A stretch of DNA of 64,000 nucleotides from Stegostoma tigrinum (Eukaryota). The notes beneath the pieces are model-generated. The model saw only the letters and a list, made by a program, of their open reading frames with translations, was not told where the DNA came from and did not search any database. The translations under genes and the position numbers were made by a program. Location of the stretch: contig NC_081365.1 in assembly GCF_030684315.1 (NCBI RefSeq), positions 34,313,394-34,377,393 on the forward strand, written 5' to 3'. Below are positions 12,804 to 25,330 of this stretch, one piece after another; position 1 is the stretch's first letter, and the number at the start of each line of letters is the position of its first letter.

Positions 12804-14599
12804 ATTACACACAATGGATGTAAGGTTAGTTAGTCTGTGCTCTGAGTTTATTTGTTTTTGTTTTGTAGAGTACAACATTTGCAACTCTTCCTCAGTCCTC
12901 TGGCACCGCTCCTTCATTGAAGCAGGGATTGTAGCTACATCCTACACAATTTCTGACCTTAACTCCTTCAGTAACCTAAGCTGCATCACATCTGGCCAAA
13001 AGGACACCAATTTAACATCATTTGCAAAAGTAGTAAGTGCAATATGACAGAGAAAAATAAAACTTCACACAACTTCACACACTGAATACTGAGTCAGGGC
13101 CTGGAATGCACTGCCTGGAACTATGATGGAAGCAGGTTCAATCAAAGGATTTTAGGCCGCATTGGTGATTATTTGAATAGAAACAATGTATTTGGTTATG
13201 GAGAAAAGCCAGGAGAATGGAATCAAGTCATAACGGTTATTTGCAAACCATTGCAGACTACTAGCCCCCTCCTGCACTGTAACAATTTTGTGATTCTCAG
13301 TTGATAGCTCTCTGGCCTCCGAGCGATACAAGTTGGATTTTCAAAGCAAGGTCAGAAACCTGGCACTCAGAGAGGAATTGCAGATTCTAATCTTCCACCT
13401 GATGCATGGCTCTTATCCTGTCGGTTTTTTTAAAAATATAAATGAGATGATTGAACAGGAGAAGAGCTTGACACACAATTACTAACTTTAAGTGCCCGTC
13501 AGCTGAAAAACAAGTAGCAGCTATGTGAGGAGCTGATGCTCCCTTTCTAGGGAGAGAATGCAGCTCACGAAAAGATTTGGAGAACAAGGATGCCACAAAG
13601 TAGCCATGATGCTGAGTCAAGGTACCACATATTACTCAGCACTAGGTAACCCTCCAAATTACACAAAAAGCACAGATGGAAATAAGCTCCCCTTTATCCT
13701 GCAGCAGCCCCAAAAGCAGGAGGTGCTAATTTGAAGAAGAGTAATTTATTTATTCCTCAATGCACATCAGAGAAAAAAAACAGCTAACTTGATCATTATT
13801 ACACTGCAGTTTATGGAAGCATGCAGTATGTAAATTGGTTCCTGCATTATAATGGTGATTATACTTCAAACATACTTCATTAGTTGTAAAATACTTTGGG
13901 GTATCCTCTGGTCATGAAAGGTGCTACGTAAAGTATCTTTCTTTCCCTTTTATTCTACCCACAAATCTATGCTTTCTGTATTTTTCTTGATTCTCTATAA
14001 TGTATCTGATATTTATCGTCAGCATTGTTTCCTGTTTCATTTTAACTTCCTAATTGTACATTGTTCAAGGTACTTCCTTAACCCTTCATAGGAATGTATC
14101 TAATTTGAGCACAAGTGGTCATCTCTTTGAAGATGTCTCAAATTTCTGTTTCATCAGCAAATCTGCATTGAGTCCCTTTACAGTTCACTGAAACTAAACC
14201 TCCACCAATTTAGCATCTCCCCAAAACAGTGGATTTTTTTTTGTTCTGCCACACAATTTTCACTGGTTATAGTTATTGCTAACAATAATCCTAATGTTTT
14301 CAAATTGTTGTTCCTCAGTCGTAATTGAGCATACTGATGATCATTCAAAATGAGCTTATTTGTTTATCCTGGTCAGAAGACAATATTCTGAAGACATTGG
14401 AAAAGTTATGGTAAAGAGCTCAACATTTATGGTTTGAATTCCACTTTTTGACAAGGTGGTATTAAAAGCATTAGGAAAATGAGGCAAAAGGTCCTTCAGT
14501 CATTTTTCTACACCAATCTTGATTGCTCTAACTTTACTGCCACCAGGACCAATGGGGCACTGCACCCAGACTAATCCATTTTCATTCTGCTCACCTCTA

Positions 14600-17140
14600 T
14601 TACAGAAGCTCAGAAGGAATTGCAGTGCAGGAGGATGCAGCACACTGTGCCTGCACCAGTTCTATTACCCAGTGCCAATCCCTTGCCTTTTCCCCGTATC
14701 CTTGTATGTCATTTCCATCCCAGTAATCGTCCAATGCTCTTCTGAATGTCTCAACTGAACCTATCTCCATTACTTCCAGACAGTGCATTCTACACCCTAA
14801 CTATACACTGTGCAAAAAAGTTTTTTCTCATCACCCTTGCTTCATTCACATATCACCTTCAATGTATGCCCTCTAATTTTTTTTTGTGAGGTTGTCGACT
14901 TACTTGTTGAACTGGTTTGTTTTTGTTCAGACGTTTCACCACCATGCGAGGTTACATCATCAGTGAGGCCTCCGATGAAGCGATGTTATTCTACTCCACT
15001 TGGAATTTATACTGTCCGGCCTGTAATGGTGAGTTGTGTCATTTCCAGTTTTGATCTGTGTGCGTTTGTATGTAGGGCCCAATTCTACATGTTTGTTGAT
15101 TGCATTACCGGTGGAGAACAATGCCTCAAGGAAGTCCTGTACGTGTCTATGTTTGGCTTCGGCTACGATAGTTACGTTGTCCCAGTTAAACTGATGGTCC
15201 TTAACTGAACAATGCGACTATAATAGCCCAAGCCAAACACGCACAGGAATTCCTAGAGGTATGGTTCTCCACACATAATGCGATCAACAAACATACAGAA
15301 TTGGACCCTATATACAAACCCAAACAGAACAAAACCGAAATGACAGTACTCACCATAACGGACCGGACAATATAAATTCCAAGTGGAGTAGAACAACATT
15401 GCTTCATCGCAGACTCCACTGATAATGTTACCCATGGTGACGAAACATCTGAACGAAACAAGCCGGCTCAGTGAGCAAGTCAACAACCTCACCCACAACC
15501 GAAGCTACAAATCTTTGCTAAAACTTTAAATTCTTTTATCAGTGATGACCAGGGACACCTATCCACCCTATACAGACTCCTTATGATTTGTAAAGTCTCT
15601 ATCAAATCTCCCTTCAGCCTTCTTCCTTCTGAACAGAACAGTCCCAACTTCTTCAATTCACCTTCATAACTGAAGTTTTCTATTCCTGCAACCATATTTG
15701 GAAATCACTTCCTCACTCTTTCTAACATATTCACATCTTACCCATATTGTGGACCCCACAACTGCACACAACACTCAAGCTGATGTCTAACAAGTGTCTT
15801 CTACAAATTCAACATCACATCCCTGCTCTTGTACTCTATGTCACTATTAATAAAACTGCCGTCTCTGTATGCTTTATGCACTGCTGTCTCCACCTATCCT
15901 GCTACCTTCAGTGTTCTGTGCAAATATTTACCCAGGTTCCTCTGCTCCTATTTCATATTGTTTTTCAATGTTCTTCTTACCGAAGTGCATCACCTCAGAC
16001 TTCTCCTCATTGAACCTCAGCTGCCAGCTCTCCACTTACTCCACCAACTTATGGAGTTATGGAATTATACAGGATGGAGACAGACCCTTCAGTGCAACTC
16101 ATCCATGACAACGAGATATCGTCAACTGATCTAGTCCCATTTGCCAGCATTTGGCCCATATCCCTCGAAACCCTTCCTATTCATATACCCATCCAGATGG
16201 CTTTTAAATTTTGTAATTGTACAGGACTCCACCACTTCCTCTGGCAGCTCAATGCATACACACACCACCCTCTGCATGAAAAAGTTGTCCCTCAGATCCC
16301 CTTTAAATCACTTTAAACCTATGTTTAACAACATTGTTCCTATAGTAGGGAGACCAGAACTAATTACAGTATTCCAAAACTGACCTCAGCAATGTCCTGT
16401 ATAGCTGCAACTTGATGTCCCAATTCCTATACTCAATGCACTGACCAATGAAGGCAAATGTCGTCTTCACTACCTTATCTACCTGCGCCCCTACTTTCAA
16501 GGAACTATACAACTGCATCCCTAGGTCTCTTTGTTCGGCAACCCTCTTCCCAGAGCCTTACCATTAACTGTATAAATCCTGCCCTGATTTGCCTTACCAA
16601 AATGCAACACATCACATTTATATAAATTAAACTCCATCTGCCGCCCCTCAGCCTGTTTGATCAAGGTTCCATTGTGCTCTTTAATGTCATTTGGAGCACC
16701 ACACCGTCCTCCTCACAGTTTACAATTTTTTTTAAGGTTTTGTGTCATCTACAAACTTTGAAATTGTCCCTTACAAACAAATGTCCAAATTATTGCTATA
16801 TATCAGGAGAAGCAAGGGTCCCACTAGTGACACCTGGAAAATTCGACTCCAATCTTCCTCCAGCCCAGAAGATATCCATTGACCAATACTCTCTGTGTCC
16901 TATCATTCAGCCAATTTTGTATCCAAGTTGCAACTGTCCCTTTTATTCTGTGACCGGCCACTATCCTCATATGCCTGTTGTTTGGCAGTGTACCAAATGC
17001 CTTTTGGAAATTCATGTTTAAAGCATTAACAAAGTTACCTTCATCAACGTTTTCTGTTACTTCTTTGAAAAACTCCAGAAAGTTCAAACATGATTTTCCC
17101 TTTAGACATCCACGCTGACTATTCCGAATCAACTCATCTT
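14600..17140 (-). mobile_element. Cluster of old nested CR1 fragments
   Basis: ORF traces LGLF..E.RRLKGDLIE, GKSCL.FLEFF.EVT, WIQNWL.DR.QRV; interrupted by the Penelope at 14885. Confidence 0.75.
14885..15515. mobile_element. Penelope (Poseidon-like) inverted 3'-end pair inserted in a CR1 relic
   Basis: About 320-bp inverted arms. The + arm encodes a GIY-YIG C-terminal trace IIAQAKHAQEFLEVWFS..AINKHTELDPIY. Hammerhead motifs at about 14928-14964 (-) and 15419-15451 (+). Confidence 0.8.
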
Positions 17141-17515
17141 TACCTCAATGAAAATGTTTTTTGATCATGCAGAAAATGTTTTCCCCTGATTTTTCCATGA
17201 TTTCTATCCCAGAAAGGTAGTAGTGAGTCTAGCTGTCAACAGAAACGGCCCAAATTTATTACAGAGAGAACTTGTTTAGTACCTTCTATAGCATTACGTG
17301 CATCGATTTACCTCAGTTTTCATTCACTCGTCCACTTGGATAGCAGCCAAAAGTTCAGAATGTGTACCCATTCCCTTCTATCTTAAGCAGCCATCCTGCC
17401 AATTTACGTACCAAAACATTCATGACTGCTTGATTTTCCATCATCACTGTCATAACTGTCCTTTTCCAAAAATAATTTCCCAAATTATCTGCTCGTAAAC
17501 ATTTATTTTCTTCTC

Positions 17516-17659
17516 AACTTCCCAGTTCTGAGGAAGGGTCCCCAGACCCGAAACATTAACTCTGCTTTTTCCTTCACAGGCGCTGCCAGACCTGCTGAGC
17601 TTTTCCAGCAACTTTGTTTTTGTTTCTGATTTACAGCATCCACAGTTCTTTTGGTTTTT
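17516..17659 (+). mobile_element. Penelope 3'-terminal monomer (CUGAGGA family)
   Basis: CTGAGGA-A-GGGTC-CCCA-GACCC-GAAAC-ATT at 17528; perfect TSD atttattttcttctc at 17501-17515 and 17660-17674; same terminus as the PLE at 55352. Confidence 0.8.
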
Positions 17660-18859
17660 ATTTATTTTCTTCTCTAGGTTTGCAGCTCTAAATGATGGAG
17701 TGAGCTGTTGATGTCCTTCCAATAAATGGACTAATTCTAGGAAAAATTCTGAACTATAAATTAAAGTGGGAAAGGCGATCACTCCAAAACTGGTGCTTTG
17801 CAAGATAGGTATTTCGTATGGTATGCGTTGGTCTGTCTACAATTATATAACAAATAATACACTTAATTTTTCAGATTTAATTATACAGTACTGAAATCAG
17901 ATGCAATAATGCTTGAAAAGCAAATGTTCTTGATTCATTTCAATATGGGTGAATTTTCCCGAGAATCATGTACATATCCACTTTATGAAGGTCGCAGTAG
18001 GTCTAGAAACTGTCAGGTAACTTGGACAATTTCTCATTCTTAGCATTGAAGATGGAGTAACAGACTCAAATGGAGTGTTCAGCAGGAACAGAATTACAAT
18101 GGTGTCGCCCTGTATGCCTGAACCCTATCTCCTTCAAGCACAGCTCAACATGGGAGTCATGCGTTCATTGAATTTACCCTGCACTTTGTAAAAACAGAAG
18201 GTGGATTGAATATAACAGTACATTCTTCTAACATCATCTTCGAGAAGTGTAATATGTGAAAGAGATCTTTCTTGCCAATTTGGCAGACAGATATTTTGGC
18301 GCAAAATTATTTAAGCACCTGATAATTGGATCTTCAAAATAGTTTCCTTATGTGTGCTTCAAAAGGAACTAAGTTAACAAGCTATAAATTATTCAAAACC
18401 TGAACGAATCATGATTTTAGAAGATTCTTGAGAGGGATTTGAGATCAAAAGAGATTCTACAGAAATGAATTCTGTGGCCCTCCTTTAGACTATGTGCATG
18501 AAATTATCAGAATGGGAGATTTATTTAGGTCAATGTCACTTCTCCTTCTGGATACTTTAAATAAGGTTATCCAAATCCTACAGGATCACAAAAATTTTGT
18601 GACATTTATTAAAAGGTATGTCATATTTGATTGAGATAATTGTTGAAGCAATAGAGGGTGAATGAAGGTAGTATGGTTGATGTTGTGCACTTAAAAACTT
18701 TTAAAAGCTATTTGATAGTCTACAATGTATAAACTTGGCAGTAAAATTAATGCTGTTGGGATTGTAAGAACAATAAAAGTAGTGGGGACCTGCTGTTTTC
18801 AGAGTGGATGAACACATTCAGTGGAATTGCCCCGTTGAAGGTCAGCAGTACACTTTAAA

Positions 18860-19640
18860 GAGATTCAGACACTTACAGTACATTTGGAGGCTATTTGGCT
18901 CATTGTGTCTGTGCCAATTGACAAAGATCTGACCAAGCCAATCCCATTTTCAGCTTTTGGCCCGTAAACAGTGGAGGATGTGGCAACATAAGTACATTAC
19001 AAAATCCTGCTTAAACATTACAAGAGTTTCTGGCTCAACCGCACTTTCAAACAGTGAGGTCCAAACTCTCACCAGTCCCTGAGTGGACATAAAATCTCCC
19101 TAAGTCTCTCCAGAGCTGTCTACATTTTGCATTATAACTATGCCCCCCAATTATTGACCCCTTTACTAACGCACAAAGTGCTTTCCTATCCACTCTATCT
19201 ATGCCCTTCATAATCTTATTCACCTCGATCAGATCACCTCTCAAGGAACTGCTCCAAAGAAAATAACTCCAGTCTATCAAATCTTTCCTCAGAGCTCAGG
19301 CTCTCTGGCCCAGGCAGCATCCTGGTAAATCTGCTCTGCAATCTCTCTAGTACAATCCCATCCTTCCTATAAATGCAATGACTAGAACTGTACACTGTAC
19401 TCCATACAGTTTCAGATAATCTCCTTGTTCTTCTATACTATTTCGCAGCAAATAAAAGCAAGTATTCAAAATGCATTTTAAACCATCTTACCTACCTGCC
19501 CTGCCCCCTTCAGGAATACGTGGATATGCACACCAATGTCCCTGTGATCTTTGATACATTCCAGAGTCCTACTATTCTTAGTGTAATCTCTTGTCTTGCT
19601 AGTCTTCCCCAAATGCATTACCTCTCACTTTTCCATAAAT
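18860..19640 (-). mobile_element. Old CR1 3' fragment
   Basis: LRGDLIEV.KIMKGIDRVD trace (ORF 19047-19280). Confidence 0.7.
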
Positions 19641-20752
19641 ATATTAATGGCTTGGACATGCATGGCTAATAACACCAAATGCAGAAATGTCATGAGGAAG
19701 TGTCAGAACTGTGATGGGAGCAATGTGCTGCTAATCAAGCTGATTGCACCATTTGTTGAATGATTCAATTACCAAAATGGCCAGTTGCTTCTCTTTAATA
19801 CAATAATAAAAAACAAAAGAAACATACACCAGGCTTCTTGAATGAACTCAAAATAATCCACTTCTTGTGAACAAAAAAACTTATTCTTAAAGCAAGTGAC
19901 AAACTTGATTAACACCGATCCAGAACTAAACTATAACACCTTTCGTCTCACACACACACAGACACTCACATCACTCAGAAAGACAAGTCTCTGCTGAGAT
20001 GATGCTTTGAAATGAAAAAGACAAACGAGGGAAGCAACTCGAGATGAGCCAAGGGTCTGAAAACAAAGGATACAATATCATGACTTCTCATATCCCCTGA
20101 AGTTTTTGTTGATGCAGCTGAAATTCTCAGTTTGTCAATATCAAAACTGATAAATGTCTTACTCTGATTCCATTCAATTTGAGTCATCCAGGATTGGACA
20201 GAGTCAACTCCTTCAGATTTTACCAAGTGGACAGGTATGCTGGCATACGAAACTCCAGCATTTTCTCAGAAAATTCTACTGAACAGGATTTCAGGAGAAA
20301 GCCTACAGCTTCTGGAGTGTCTTCCTTACTTAGAGCTCTGTTCTACATACTCAGAGAATGTTGCTAGGCAAACATTAGCATGGGGCCCCTAATCTGTTAA
20401 AAGCTAAAATTAATTAGGCAAAAAAAAACTCCATCTCTTCTTGAAAAGTTCTGCTTAGCAACTGCTCCAAAGTCACTTGATTTCTAGTAAAACGGTAAGC
20501 AGCTTACAGGAAATATTAAACTATTGCTTTATTTACAATAAATCATATGGTACTCTTGCTCAATTCAGAGAATTTCCAAGTGAATCCAAAGTCTTCCAGT
20601 ACTTCCCAAATATTCTTTAAATACAAATATATATTGAAATTAGAAGATAGAAAACAGACTTTAGAAGCATATTGACTGAAATTTAGCAGAAGTCTTAAGT
20701 AATTAGTCATTTTAGTGGTAAAACTGAGGGAGAAGGTAACACAAATTAAGTG

Positions 20753-21452
20753 AAATAATAGTGTGGAGTTTGATGAACACAGCAGGCCAGGCAGCATCAG
20801 AGGAGCAGGAAAACTGGCATTTCAGGTCAGGACCCGTCTTCAGAAATGGGGGAGGGGAAGGGGGTTCTGAAATAAATAGAGAGGAGGGGTGGGGCTGGGA
20901 AGGTGGGTGGGATGGTGATAGGTGAGTGCGGGCAGGCAATTGGTCATTGGTCAGTGAGGTGAGAGGAGCTGAGAGGTGGGAGAAAAGGTGGACAGGCCAA
21001 GGAGACAGGGATGAGATGGAGGGTTTGTCATGTGATGAGGCCGTGGGTGGGGAGATTTTGAAACTAGTAAAGTCCACATTGATCTCAATATGGACGTACT
21101 GGTTTCAAAATCTCCCCACCCATGGCCTTATCCCAGGACCAACCCTCCCCCTCATCCCCACCTCCTTTTCTTGTCCATCTTCTCTCCCACCTATCTGCTC
21201 CTCCCACCTCACTGACCAATCCCCACCACTGCCTGCCCGCTCTCACCTATCACCATCCCATCTACCTTCCCTAGCCCCAACCCTCCTCTATTTATTTCAG
21301 AGCTCCCTTCCCCCTCCCCCATTTCTGAAGAAGGGTCCTGACTCGAAATGCCAGCTTTCCTGCTCCTCTGATGCTGCCTGGCCTATTGTGTTCCTCCAGC
21401 TCTACATCATGTTATCTCTGACTCCAGCACCAGCAGTTCTTACTATCTCTGA
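20753..21452. mobile_element. Penelope (Neptune-like) long inverted 3'-UTR pair
   Basis: About 340-bp inverted arms including the ORF end (VDFTSFKISPP, shared with 43478-44299), pyrimidine-rich 3' UTR and degenerate CUGAAGA hammerheads. Confidence 0.85.
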
Positions 21453-22299
21453 ATAAATTAAATGTTACAGTTTAACTGGGATGTAAGAATGAGATGTTTA
21501 TTCAAATCACTGAAGACGAGAAAACAAGTGGGGAAGCCTGATCAAAAAGCTTGAGTGATCTTAGGGCTTATAAACGCAAATGTAAGGAAGTTATAATTCT
21601 TCACAAGGCCAAAGTCTTGGATAGGCTGCTGAATTATCATAAGATATTTGGGTCTTCAGTTAGATAGAGTGATTCAAAAAACTTCTTTACAAGAGGTGAG
21701 GTTATAATTAATTAAATTCCTAATTGAAATACAGTTTTTAAGTAACGAACCAGTTAACCATCCAGGATGATTGAACAGACTGGGACATTTCTGTTCTCGA
21801 AGGGATGAGACCAAAAGGTGACATGGTAATAACCTTGGAGTGTCACATAGGAATTTCACTCTGCTACACTCTTGCAGGAGCAGTGGGCTCTAATGTTTGG
21901 GTCTTACCACTCTATTTCTAAGAATGGTCAATGTTGTGCATTATTGTTTTTACAAACGGTGTTGCTTTCAGAGTTGAATATGATAACGATTGAGGGATCG
22001 GGTTGAAACTGCATGACTTTGGCAGCCCAGCAAAGCATACGAGGTGGATGTGTAAGTTATCTATCATGGCAAGTCATCGTCTGAACTGTTATATAAACCA
22101 GCGTCAGATTTTCAACTGAATCCACACACCATTATCCACATTACCTTCCAAGAACACTGGAACACTGGAAGTACGACAATCAGTACTTGTAACTGGGTGC
22201 CCAACAGACCATTGGAAGTGAAGTTCTAAGTGGATGGATGGATGGATTCTATTTGTAATAACGTCCCAATTAAAGAATTGATGAAGTAAAAAGATATTT

Positions 22300-23650
22300 A
22301 ATGCTCAAACTGCATTTTATCCAAACGTACAGATGCAGGCCATTCCACTGCTCTCTTTGCCATTTAAAAAGATCATGGCTGATCCTGACCTCAAATCCCG
22401 ATTCCTGCCTAACGTGATAATCCTTCACTCCCTTTCTTACCGAGGATCTATCCACCTCCACTACGAAACTATTCAAAGACTCTTCTCCCACTGTATTTTG
22501 AGCAAGTGAATTTCAAAGACTCGTGTCTGTTTCAAATGGGTGACCCCTTATTTTTGAACAGTAGCCCCAAAATTTCAGATTCTCTGAAAGAGGAAACATT
22601 CTCTCCAAACCTACCCCTTTGAAGACACCTCAGGGTCTTACATGATTCAATAGTCACCTCTTTTCTTTAAGGCTGCAGTGGCACAAGCCTATCCTGTCCA
22701 TTCTAGGTATCGGTCTGGGAAACCTTACACTGACAGACACAGAAGGAGGCCATCTGGCTCATTATATTCACATCATTAACAAAGATCTAACAACACTAAT
22801 TTCATTTTCCAGTTCTTTGCTCATAGTCCTACAGGGGACTATCTAAACACTGCGTAAATGTTATCAGAGATTATAATTCAAAATCCCTTTCAAAAAATGA
22901 ATTTCACCATGAGTGAAAAAAAACATTTTCCTCTTAGCCTTCTATCTCTTACTTTAAATCTATCTAACTGAAAACTTCCTATCCAACCTATTCATGCCCC
23001 TCACTCTTAAACACTCTAAGAGGTCCCCTTTGTTGCTCTCTGAATGCCTTGATCATACTCCCTATATTTAAGTCCAAATCATTAAAGTACATCACAAAGA
23101 GCAAGGGCCCAGCACCGAGCTCTGCAGAACCCCACCTGAAACAGACGCCCAGCTACAGAAACATCTCTTTCTCATTACTGTCTGCTTCCGGCCTCTCAGC
23201 CAATTTAGCATCCAACGTGGTAGTTTTCCTTGAATCTTATGGGTTCTTATTTCTTGACCAGTCTGCATTGAGAGACTTTATCAAAAGCTTTGCTAAGAAC
23301 CATGAGGACTACATAAAATCCATCATTCTTGTCAATGCTCCCACTGACCTCCTCAAAAAAATTCTATCAAATTTTCCAAACACAATTTCCTTGTTACAAT
23401 CCATGCTGACTTTGTTTAATCTTTATCATTCCAACTGCAGATATAGTCTGTCAGAATTAGCTCTAATAATTTCCCCACCACCGAGGTTAGACTGGGTAGC
23501 TTGTAAGTTCCTGGTCTATCCCGTCTTCGTTTTCTTTATTAATGAGGCAACATTAGCAGTCTTCCAGTCCTCTAGATTTGAAAACTGCTGTGAGAATCCC
23601 TGATATCTCCTTCCTCAACGGCCTAGGATAAGCCTCATCTAGACCTGCGG
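22300..23650 (-). mobile_element. Old CR1 fragments
   Basis: Degenerate CR1 RT and 3' UTR blocks on the minus strand. Confidence 0.55.
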
Positions 23651-23689
23651 ATTTAGTCATTTTAAAGGTTGCTGAATCTGTTAGTATCT

Positions 23690-23708
23690 TCTCTCTCTCT
23701 CTCTCTCT
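23690..23708 (+). repeat. (CT)n microsatellite
   Basis: Read directly from the sequence. Confidence 0.85.
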
Positions 23709-24504
23709 GTGTCTCTATTAATTGCTTCTAATATCTCACGGTCCTCCAGGCTAATGTCAATACCTACATTACTCTTTTCCACTGTCTGAACTAATTCCAA
23801 TGTAGTTACATTCCTTCCTTGAATAAGGTGACCAATATGGCACACCAGGCTTCAAATGTGGTATCACATGTATAACTGAATAATCTCTTTCTTTTCTATT
23901 CAATTCCATTTGCAATATTTGAGAACATTCTAATGGCTTTCACAATTACTTACGTTGCTTTTGCAACTCATACAAGAGGACACCAGATGCCACTGCATCT
24001 CAGAACCTTACAATCTTTCACTATCTCGGTAACATATTTTATTATTCTTCCTCTCAAAACAGATGATTTCACATTTTCCCACATTACGCTTTTTCTAAGT
24101 CAGTTGTCCATGGAATGACGGCATTGTTGGCTTACATTTATAGCTCAGCCCTAATCACCCAGAGGGCAATTAAGAATCAATTATATTTCTGTGGCTGTGC
24201 TGAAACCATTTCCACATCCCAGTTTCCTGAACTTTGGCACAATAGCAAGGGATAACCTAAGTGATCATTAACTGACAGAGTCAGCCCTCTACTTTTTTCC
24301 TAGCTTTATGTCCTATATTCTATGACTTTCAATATTCAAACCTCAATCTAGATCATCTTGCAGCCTCATTGTTGCAAATGTTGACCAAGAGACTCAGAAA
24401 ATGACAAACACAACTATTCAAAGTTTTACCTTTAGTTCTTCCTGTAGCTGGTTGCAATGGGAGATTGATAGGAATATAAACCAACATTTTCCTAGCTACC
24501 ATCA

Positions 24505-24590
24505 ATTCTGAGGAAGGGTCACCAGACCCTAAATGTTAACTCTGATTTTTCTTCACAGATGCTGCCAGTCCTGCTGAGCTTTGTTGTTTA
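24505..24590 (+). mobile_element. Penelope 3'-terminal fragment (CUGAGGA family); a similar copy lies at 25687-25820
   Basis: ctgaggaagggtcaccagaccc.aaatgttaactctg…gatgctgccag. Confidence 0.65.
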
Positions 24591-24699
24591 TTGATAGAAC
24601 TGTAATGTGATTGTACATGACTCAATCTCAAAACATTTGTATACTCTCTAAATGGAGGCACCTCATCATTCAAAAGATTAACATTCAGAAAGAAGGCTG

Positions 24700-25330
24700 C
24701 CTCTGAAAATAAGTTAGGTGCTTGCTTTTAAACTCTGCATAAAGTTTAAAAGCAGGAAGCTTCTGCTGGAACTGTATGAAATGTTGGTTAGGCCTCAGCT
24801 ATTGTTTGCAGTTCTGGAATCCATGCGAAAGGAAGAATGAAATAGCACTGGACGGGGTGCGAAGAAAATTCACCAGAATGTTGCCTGGGCTGGAGAGTTG
24901 TAAAGAGAGATTGGACAGACAGGGGTTGTTTTTCTTGAAGCAGAGGAGACTGTCGGGGAAATGGGTTTGAGATGTGTAAAATGATGAGAGGTATAGATAG
25001 CGTTGACAGGATGAAATTTTGGTGGAGGGATCAATGACCAGGAGACACAGATTTAAGATAAGGGGCAGAAAGTTCAGAGAGGATGTGAGGAAAGATTTTT
25101 TCACCTAGAGGGGGTGGGAATCTAAACTGCACCGTCTGTAAGGGAGATAGAGGCACGATCCTCATAATATTTAGTAAGTATTTAGCTGTACACTTGTGAT
25201 GCCAAAGCAGACAAGTATGGGCCAAGTGCTGGAAAATGGGATTTGCATAGTTAGGTGCTTGCTTTTGACCATTGCAGACTCAATGGGCCAAAGGGCCTCC
25301 TTCTATACCATAGGCCTCCATGTGTTTAAC
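24700..25330 (+). mobile_element. CR1 3' fragment
   Basis: YCLQFWNP…RKFTRMLPGLE…GLFFLKQRRL. Confidence 0.75.

Noticed and set aside
20926-21456. 176-aa ORF and similar ORFs containing SSDAAWP or LDEHSRPS
   Set aside because: Translations of Penelope UTR palindromes, not host genes.
24430-24487. 58-nt phase-1 ATG segment MLVYIPINLPLQPATGRTK with donor gtaaaa
   Set aside because: Right length and phase, but no hydrophobic core, a weak donor, and it abuts a Penelope fragment.
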